This document shows, in pieces, positions 36,846-42,647 of a DNA stretch of 42,647 nucleotides. Source of the stretch: Candidatus Uhrbacteria bacterium. GTDB lineage: Bacteria; Patescibacteriota; Patescibacteriia; UBA9934. The stretch lies in NCBI GenBank assembly GCA_018664485.1, contig JABJOE010000004.1:1-42647 (forward strand), given 5' to 3'. How positions within the stretch are numbered: the first letter of the stretch is position 1; each line of letters starts with the position of its first letter. The notes below the pieces were generated by a model. That model was given only the letters and a program-made list of their open reading frames with translations. It was not told where the DNA came from and searched no databases. The translations under genes were made by a program, and so were the position numbers.

Positions 36846-38173
36846 TGTTACACAAGATCAAAAAACTGGTTCCAACATGGATGACAGCGCCTTATCACTG
36901 GGCGCTGGCTTGGATATCAGCTATTGTCTATCGATTTCCATCCAATAAACTTATCGTGATTGGTGTTACAGGAACAAATGGAAAATCATCAACTATTCAG
37001 TTTATCGCACAGATGCTAGAGGGCCTCGGAAAAACCGTCGGTTACACCGGTACTGCTGGCTTTTATATTGCAGGTGAGACGATTGAGAATAAAATGAAGA
37101 TGACAATGCCTGGTCGATTCTTCTTGCAGCGGCTTTTGCGAGACATGGTTCGGGCTAAATGTCAGTATGCTTTGGTTGAGACAACGTCACAGGGTATTGA
37201 GCAATACCGACATTTGGGAATTAATTACGATGTAGTTCTTTTTACAAATTTAACGCCTGAGCACATCGAGTCTCATGGAGGATTTGATCAATATAAGGCT
37301 GCGAAAGGAAAATTGTTTGCACACCTCACTAATCGAAAACGAAAAGTGATCGGAAACGAACGGATGGAGAAAACGTCGGTGATTAATGCTGATGATCCAC
37401 ATGCATCATATTTTTCAAAGTTCGATGCTGATCGACATGTAAAGTTTTCATGGAGTGAGGATGATGGCGGCGAGGATGTGATCGACGTTCATGCATTGTC
37501 ACATGATATAGACGGAGCTCACGTGAAGATTAACAATGTTGATGGATTGATACCGATGCACGCTTTGTTCCAGCAGAAAAATGCTGTAGCTGCGCTGTCC
37601 GTTGTTCATTCTTTAGGATTCGGTTTACGGGAGTGCATGAAGGTGATGGAGAATCTAGATTCTCTGCCGGGACGTTTTGAAATAATCGATGAAGGACAGG
37701 ATTTTCAAGTTATTGTTGACTATGCTTATGAGCCTTACGCGCTCGAGGCGCTTTTGAGCGCTGCGGAGAAATTGCCGCATAAACGAATAATCGGTGTGCA
37801 TGGATCATGCGGCGGTGGTCGGGATGTTGCAAGACGCGATAAGATCGGTCGCTTGGCTGGCCATCGTGAAGATGTGGTGATCGTTACAAACGAGGATCCA
37901 TATGACGAAGACCCACGTTGTATTATTGAGGCTGTCGCAAAGGGAGTGAAGGCTACTGGAAAAAGAGAGGGGGAAAGTTTGTTTATTATTGATGACAGAA
38001 TGGAGGCTATTCAGCATGCAATCGATATTGCAAAAAAAGGTGACATAGTTTTATTGACAGGGAAGGGTTCTGAAACGGTAATGGCGGTTGCGGGTGGGCG
38101 TAAGACTCCGTGGAGTGATCGTGAAGCTGCGCATCAGGCTCTCAAAAGACGAAAAGCAAGTTCGCTTGTATGA
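36845..38173 (+). CDS. murE: UDP-N-acetylmuramoyl-dipeptide ligase MurE
   Basis: GVTGTNGKSS, ETTSQG, FTNLTPEH, PGRFE, GSCGGGRD, LLTGKGSE. Confidence 0.9.
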   Translation: MLHKIKKLVPTWMTAPYHWALAWISAIVYRFPSNKLIVIGVTGTNGKSSTIQFIAQMLEGLGKTVGYTGTAGFYIAGETIENKMKMTMPGRFFLQRLLRDMVRAKCQYALVETTSQGIEQYRHLGINYDVVLFTNLTPEHIESHGGFDQYKAAKGKLFAHLTNRKRKVIGNERMEKTSVINADDPHASYFSKFDADRHVKFSWSEDDGGEDVIDVHALSHDIDGAHVKINNVDGLIPMHALFQQKNAVAALSVVHSLGFGLRECMKVMENLDSLPGRFEIIDEGQDFQVIVDYAYEPYALEALLSAAEKLPHKRIIGVHGSCGGGRDVARRDKIGRLAGHREDVVIVTNEDPYDEDPRCIIEAVAKGVKATGKREGESLFIIDDRMEAIQHAIDIAKKGDIVLLTGKGSETVMAVAGGRKTPWSDREAAHQALKRRKASSLV

Positions 38174-38673
38174 GACCCAAAACAGTTGAATTAGAATTAG
38201 CGAATGACGAGGAGATAGTTGCTATTGTTAGAGAGAGTTTTATCGCTAGGTTACCGAGAATTTTCCTTGTAGCATTGTGGTTACTGGTTCCATTTTTCTT
38301 CTTTTTCCCACTGCTTGCACTCGGACCGATCGGCCTTCTGGTCTTTGTCTGCTTGGCTGTCAGTGGTATCCTCTATGCATTACGGGAATGGCATTTGTGG
38401 TACTACACTATGTGGGTTGTAACGGATAAGCGGATTATCGATGTTGATCAGTTGAGTTGGACTTTGTTTGAAATGCATGAGATTTTGCTCAAGAAGATAC
38501 GGCGCGTGCACATCACTCGCAGTACATTGGGTGCAAAGATTTTACGTTATGCGACAGTCTGGATTGAAACATCGTCTAATCATGCTTTCGATATAGAGTT
38601 AGATGGAGTTCGTCGTCCAAAACATCTAAAGCGTCTCTTGCATGATCTTCACAAAATGAAAAAGCAATCATGA
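38170..38673 (+). CDS. 2-TM bacterial PH-domain (bPH_2-like) protein
   Basis: Two TMs then VVTDKRII...KIRRV...ILRYATVWIET. Confidence 0.7.
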   Translation: MRPKTVELELANDEEIVAIVRESFIARLPRIFLVALWLLVPFFFFFPLLALGPIGLLVFVCLAVSGILYALREWHLWYYTMWVVTDKRIIDVDQLSWTLFEMHEILLKKIRRVHITRSTLGAKILRYATVWIETSSNHAFDIELDGVRRPKHLKRLLHDLHKMKKQS

Positions 38674-39086
38674 CTTCTGTGCGCAAAACAAAACGGTTGA
38701 AGAAAGCAAAGTTGTTTGTCGTTGTTAATGTTCTGATTTTATTTTTCCTACTTATCGCTTTCGGCCGTGAGTATGTCGGCAATATTCAAATTGAACGGGA
38801 GATTGCTGAGCTGCAGAGCGAGCGCGATCAGTTGGAGCAGGACCAGCTCGATACGCTAGCGTTAATTGAGCAGCTTTCAAGCGAGTATTATCTTGAGTCG
38901 GAAGCTCGTACAAAGCAGGGGTTCGGACTGGAAGGGGAGACTGTATTTGTTATCCAAGAAGGTGACGGAGTTCATGTCAGTGAGCGGGGTGAGGAAGAAA
39001 GTACGTCAACAGATTTCTCTAATCCTCGTAAATGGTTCCTTTATTTCTTTGACTCTGTAGCATTCGAAAGTTTGCAAGACGGATAG
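38670..39086 (+). CDS. Septum formation initiator (FtsB/DivIC-like)
   Basis: Short cytoplasmic tail, one TM, coiled coil, YLESEARTKQGFGLEGETVFVI. Confidence 0.8.
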   Translation: MTSVRKTKRLKKAKLFVVVNVLILFFLLIAFGREYVGNIQIEREIAELQSERDQLEQDQLDTLALIEQLSSEYYLESEARTKQGFGLEGETVFVIQEGDGVHVSERGEEESTSTDFSNPRKWFLYFFDSVAFESLQDG

Positions 39087-39102
39087 ATACCTACCTACGG
39101 CT

Positions 39103-39966
39103 ATGAGAGTTGAAAAAGATAGAAAAAAACCAGAGCGCTCAACGATGCGCGCTCATTCAATGGCTATTCTCGGTGGCCTTGTTTTTATTTTGGGATTAAT
39201 GGTTTGGGTTTGGTATAGCGCGTACGTTCTGCACTCCTATGGCTCTTTCATGCGAACGACTTTGAAAGTCGTACCTCTCCCGGCAGCGTATGTTGTAGAT
39301 GAGGTTGTGTGGATGCGCGATTTGGCTGAACTTGCTTGGCTTGCGGAGACATCAGGATTGAGTGATCCGTATGATCGTGCGTATGAGACGTCGATTCGTC
39401 GTGCTTATATTCGCGGACTAGCAGATGAAGTTGGAGTTAGCGTCGACGATGAAGAATTGGATTCTTTTGTAGATGAAGTAGATGTTGAGATGCTGGAATC
39501 ACTTGGTTGGTCAAAACGTGATTACCAGAGATATTTGGCTAAGCCTCTAATTTTGGAGCAGACACTTGAAGATTCTTTGTATAATCTGACAGAATATCAG
39601 GATGGGGCATATGACGATATTTTGGCTTTGCAGTCTCAGTATGAAGATATTGGTATCGCTTTTCCTGATCTTGCATTGCAGTATTCGCAAGGTGCGAGCG
39701 CTGACGTGAGTGGTTGGCTTGGGTATCTTGAAGAGGACGAGTTACCCGCAGGATATAATGCTGTGTGGGATCTTGATGTAGGAGATACGGTGATTATTGA
39801 GCTTGAGCGCGAATTTGCACTTGTCAGAGTATATGATGTTACTTTCCTTGAGGTGAATAGGTTGAGCGTTGCTATACAGGAGATTTTGGTCAACAAACAG
39901 CCATTAAGTGAGATTCTAGACGATTATATCGGTGAAAATAGCCTATTTATAAGATTAGTAAGGTGA
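39103..39966 (+). CDS. PrsA/SurA-like foldase with degenerate parvulin domain
   Basis: N-terminal TM, PAAYV, ADEVGVSVDDEELD (SurA-N-like), FPDLALQYSQGASADVSGWLGY (PpiC-like). Confidence 0.7.
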   Translation: MRVEKDRKKPERSTMRAHSMAILGGLVFILGLMVWVWYSAYVLHSYGSFMRTTLKVVPLPAAYVVDEVVWMRDLAELAWLAETSGLSDPYDRAYETSIRRAYIRGLADEVGVSVDDEELDSFVDEVDVEMLESLGWSKRDYQRYLAKPLILEQTLEDSLYNLTEYQDGAYDDILALQSQYEDIGIAFPDLALQYSQGASADVSGWLGYLEEDELPAGYNAVWDLDVGDTVIIELEREFALVRVYDVTFLEVNRLSVAIQEILVNKQPLSEILDDYIGENSLFIRLVR

Positions 39967-39998
39967 GTTAGTTTTTAGGGTTCTGTCCCGTAGCTCCA

Positions 39999-40026
39999 CA
40001 AAAACACCAGTTTTCTGGTGTTTTTG
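39999..40026. terminator. Terminator closing the core operon before the cassette region
   Basis: CAAAAACACCAG-tttt-CTGGTGTTTTTG perfect 12-bp stem. Confidence 0.8.
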
Positions 40027-40041
40027 CATTTATACTACCTA

Positions 40042-40334
40042 TTTTCTATTTAACGGAGGGTTTTGACATAAATTACTTCCGAGGACATTCAGGGTTAATA
40101 TCCAGCAAGAATAATCTAATCGCAGAACTTTTGCTGTCTTTTCCCTAAACGTAGGGTTTATTCAATTAAAAGCACCTGAGGCTTGTTAAAGGATTTTCGG
40201 TATAAATAATGAATAACAAAGCCGCCTCCGTTGTATCTGCTTAATAATAACAACGGACGCCCGGTTTTGTCGTTATTTATGACGAATATATTCCTTTGAT
40301 AAACGAAGCGCTTTTTACTTGCAGAAACCCGTAG
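40042..40334 (+). repeat. Arm module 1: arm A1 (40042-40128), arm B1 (40137-40226), hairpin (40227-40257), complementary arm C1 (40258-40334)
   Basis: B1/C1 stems GGGTTT/AAACCC, AAAAGC/GCTTTT, TTGTTAAAGGA/TCCTTTGATAA, ATAAATAATGA/TCGTTATTTAT, ACAAAGCCG/CGGTTTTGT, TCCGTTGT/ACAACGGA. Confidence 0.85.
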
Positions 40335-40339
40335 TCCCC

Positions 40340-40368
40340 TTGACAAAAGAGTGATTTTCTGCTATTCT
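40340..40368 (+). promoter_or_regulatory. Consensus sigma70 promoter, cassette 1
   Basis: TTGACA-17 nt-TATTCT with extended TG; conserved in module 2. Confidence 0.85.
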
Positions 40369-40548
40369 GCGATGTTCGAATGTGGCTGAAAAAGTGCCAA
40401 CGAGCAACAGTTTAAAACCTGGGTAGGATTTAGTTCCTTCCCCAAAACCCCCGGCAGGCATTTGCCGGCCAAAATACGGGATGGCAATTTAGCATCCTAA
40501 ACGATCCGCCCACGGGCACAACCAGCCCCTAGGGCTACCGGAGACGAC

Positions 40549-41436
40549 ATGAACGCAACCCTGAAGACCCTGATCGGCCTGAGCCTGATCGGCCTGAGCC
40601 TGGTGGCCTGTAGCCCCCACGGCGACAATGACGACACCCTCGACACCGGCACCTCCGACGATGATGGTGAGCTGTCGAGCGCCGGCGAGGGCGACGATGG
40701 CGACGACGGTGGCGACACCGACGACACCGACGAGCCCGAGGTCGATGCGGACGGCGACGGCTTCACCGCCGACGAAGACTGCGACGACAGCGATGCTAGC
40801 ACCTACCCCGGCGCCCCCGAGCTCTGTGACGGCCTCGACAACGACTGCGATGACGTGGTCGACGAAGATGCCATCAACGACTCGACCTGGTACCGCGATA
40901 GTGATGGCGATGGGTACGGTGATCCGTCCATCTCGACCAGCGCCTGCGATGTCCCGAGCGGTTTCGTCGGCAACGGCGACGACTGCGACGACACCGACGC
41001 CAGTGCATACGACGACTGCACCAGTACGGACACCTGCACCATCGACATGGAGTGGGAGCCCGAAGGTGGCGCCAAGGACCTTCTCTCGCTCAGCTACGAG
41101 CTGGACTGCGATAGCAGCTACGAGGACTGGGATGCGACCGTCGCGGCCACCTCCAGCAGCTCGATTGCAGGCAGCTTCAGCCGTGAGATGAGCGAGGGCC
41201 AAGTCTGCATGTTGCGGATGAACGCCACGTCTCAGCTCGAGACCGAGAGCTACCGCGTCCGCTACGGCTGCGAGAGCACTTCGGGGTCCGAGTCCGGCGA
41301 CATCAACCAGGGTACCTGGAGTGTGACCGTCGACTGCGGAACGCCCATGGTCCAGACCATCAGCGTCAACAGCAAGGACAGCGGCACCGTCGACGGCTGC
41401 GAGACCGAAGTCATCCCGTTGGTTCTGGCCTTCTAG
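40549..41436 (+). CDS. GC-rich lipoprotein with Asp/Cys putative metal-binding (MopE-related) repeats
   Basis: Lipobox LVAC; DADGDGF...DCDDSDASTYPGAPELCDGLDNDCD and WYRDSDGDGYG; GGAGA SD; codons end mostly in C/G. Confidence 0.88.
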   Translation: MNATLKTLIGLSLIGLSLVACSPHGDNDDTLDTGTSDDDGELSSAGEGDDGDDGGDTDDTDEPEVDADGDGFTADEDCDDSDASTYPGAPELCDGLDNDCDDVVDEDAINDSTWYRDSDGDGYGDPSISTSACDVPSGFVGNGDDCDDTDASAYDDCTSTDTCTIDMEWEPEGGAKDLLSLSYELDCDSSYEDWDATVAATSSSSIAGSFSREMSEGQVCMLRMNATSQLETESYRVRYGCESTSGSESGDINQGTWSVTVDCGTPMVQTISVNSKDSGTVDGCETEVIPLVLAF

Positions 41437-41455
41437 CCTGAGCCTTCTCCCGTGA

Positions 41456-41502
41456 TAGGGGCCCGACAGAGTATGCCTTCTGGCTGCTCGACTGGGTCCC
41501 TA
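41456..41502 (+). terminator. 3' hairpin (possible terminator) after cassette gene 1
   Basis: TAGGGGCCC...GGGTCCCTA closing stem, weak T tail. Confidence 0.45.
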
Positions 41503-41558
41503 CATTTGCATCTAGATTATATTAGCTTCTTTATTCAATGCGCTTTTATGGCGTTTTT

Positions 41559-41851
41559 TGTCTTTTCTATCTAACGTAGGGTTATTTAATAAAAAAGCTT
41601 CAGAGGCTTGTTAAAGGTTATTTGGTAGAAATAATGAGTAACAAAACTGCCTCATTTCCTATCTAACAGAGGGTTTTAGCAAATAAATTGCTTCCGAGGA
41701 CGTTTAGGGCTAGATCCGGCAAGAATAGCCTGATCGCAAAATCGCCTCCGTTGTTACCAAAAAAGATACAACGGATGCCCGGTTTTGCAGGCTATGATGA
41801 CGGATTTGTCCCTAGATACCGCAGGCGCAATTTACTTTATAAAACCCGTAG
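41559..41851 (+). repeat. Arm module 2: arm B2 (41559-41653), arm A2 (41654-41746), hairpin (41747-41775), complementary arm C2 (41776-41851)
   Basis: A2/C2 stems GGGTTTTA/TAAAACCC, TAAATTGC/GCAATTTA, GTTTAGGG/CCCTAGAT, AGATCCG/CGGATTT, ATAGCCTG/CAGGCTAT, GCAAAATCG/CGGTTTTGC, TCCGTTGT/ACAACGGA. Confidence 0.85.
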
Positions 41852-41856
41852 CACCC

Positions 41857-41885
41857 TTGACAAAAGCCTCTTTTTCTGCTATTAT
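41857..41885 (+). promoter_or_regulatory. Consensus sigma70 promoter, cassette 2
   Basis: TTGACA-17 nt-TATTAT with extended TG. Confidence 0.85.
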
Positions 41886-42028
41886 TCGGTGTTCGTTTAA
41901 AAGTGAGGCAACTCACATAATAGACGAAATCATTAATAACACTCCCTAAGAGCGGGCACTTTGCCCATGATTCAGCTTGCTGGATCAACGGGCATTCTGC
42001 CCATTCACTGCGCAACCCTGGAGACCCC

Positions 42029-42647
42029 ATGACGCGCTTCCCGACCCTGACCACCCTTCTGGCCCTTGCGGTCGTCACTCTCAACACTGGCTGCTTCGAC
42101 GACGTCGAGCAGAAGATCTGCAAGGAGTATGACAGCTTCACCGCCGATCAGCAGGTTCTCCTGGACATGGCCGGAGTGGAGTCCGGCGAGTCCGCTTGCA
42201 TCGTCTATCACACCGACACTGAGTGCAACTACGTCTACGTGGTCGGCGAGATCGACGACGGAGGCTGGTACGGCGATAACGCCGACGAGTGCACCGGTGA
42301 GGACGAGCCGGAGGAGCCCACCGACGACGACAGCGACGGCTTCGACTCCGACGAGGACTGCGACGACGACGACGCGACCATCAACCCGGATGCAGAAGAG
42401 GTCTGCGACGGTGTCGACAATGACTGCGATGGCACTGTCGACGGCGAAGACGCCACCGATGCCGAGGTGTTCTACACCGACAGCGACGGCGACGGCTACT
42501 GCAGCACCGAGTTCGAGACGGTTTGTTCCGGAGACGAGGCTTCGACCTCCGTTTCCGAGACCGACTGTGACATCGACGGCGACGGCGACTTCGACGGCGA
42601 CGACGAGGACTGCGACGACGACGACGCAGACATCGATCTGACCTGTG
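42029..42647 (+). CDS. Second GC-rich MopE-related repeat lipoprotein, 3'-truncated by the window edge (absent from the ORF track)
   Basis: Manual translation from ATG 42029: MTRFPTLTTLLALAVVTLNTGCFDD...DDDSDGFDSDEDCDDDDATINPDAEEVCDGVDNDCDG...FYTDSDGDGYC...; GGAGA SD; no stop before the end. Confidence 0.88.
   Translation, partial: MTRFPTLTTLLALAVVTLNTGCFDDVEQKICKEYDSFTADQQVLLDMAGVESGESACIVYHTDTECNYVYVVGEIDDGGWYGDNADECTGEDEPEEPTDDDSDGFDSDEDCDDDDATINPDAEEVCDGVDNDCDGTVDGEDATDAEVFYTDSDGDGYCSTEFETVCSGDEASTSVSETDCDIDGDGDFDGDDEDCDDDDADIDLTC

Noticed and set aside
40158-40346. ORFs across the arm modules (40158-40346 and 41688-41900)
   Set aside because: Not conserved in frame or strand between the two homologous modules; changes follow base pairing, not codons.
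40042-41851. Classical integron attC sites
   Set aside because: Three arms begin with RYYYAAC-like ATTTAAC/ATCTAAC, but the complementary arms lack the matching GTTRRRY, the rods are longer than typical attC, genes carry their own promoters, and no intI is in the window.
40042-41851. CRISPR array or c-di-GMP-type riboswitch tandem
   Set aside because: Repeats are ~90 bp, degenerate and lack unique spacers; no cas genes; no riboswitch consensus recognised, and the elements lie upstream of the -35.
40489-42641. Alternative-frame and antisense ORFs over the GC-rich genes (40489-41202, 40628-41191, 42066-42641 and others)
   Set aside because: Shadow ORFs caused by high GC3. The real frames are 40549 and 42029, which have SD, lipobox and recognisable repeats.
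1-42647. Genetic code 25 (TGA=Gly) as in Gracilibacteria/Absconditabacteria
   Set aside because: Full-length conserved genes translate under code 11 and several end in TGA within ATGA/GTGA overlaps.

Overview
Bacterial chromosomal segment read with standard code 11 (TGA is a stop; many ATGA/GTGA overlaps). Gene content and architecture point to a Patescibacteria/CPR (Parcubacteria-like) genome, which is an inference. Bases 1-18.6 kb hold a cell-surface glycosylation region: TPR protein, S8 protease, nucleotide-sugar dehydratase, GT2/GT4/GT-C transferases, a PgsA-like enzyme and rmlB/C/D. Bases 19-40 kb hold housekeeping and envelope genes: MazG-like, PEGA protein, S41 protease, NUDIX, rplI, pyrG, rpmA, mraY-ftsW-murG, tRNA-Lys, a P-type ATPase, murD-murE, FtsB-like and PrsA-like. 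The most unusual part is the last 2.6 kb. Two very GC-rich, Shine-Dalgarno-led lipoprotein genes with Asp/Cys MopE-related repeats each sit behind an AT-rich ~330-bp module made of two ~90-bp arms, a central hairpin, a complementary arm and a consensus sigma70 promoter. The arms covary, their order is swapped between the modules (A-B-C1 vs B-A-C2), and the spare arm of each module is complementary to the other module's C arm. A second, unrelated family of covarying bulged-hairpin repeats occurs at 4-80, 16755-16877 and 17026-17149.
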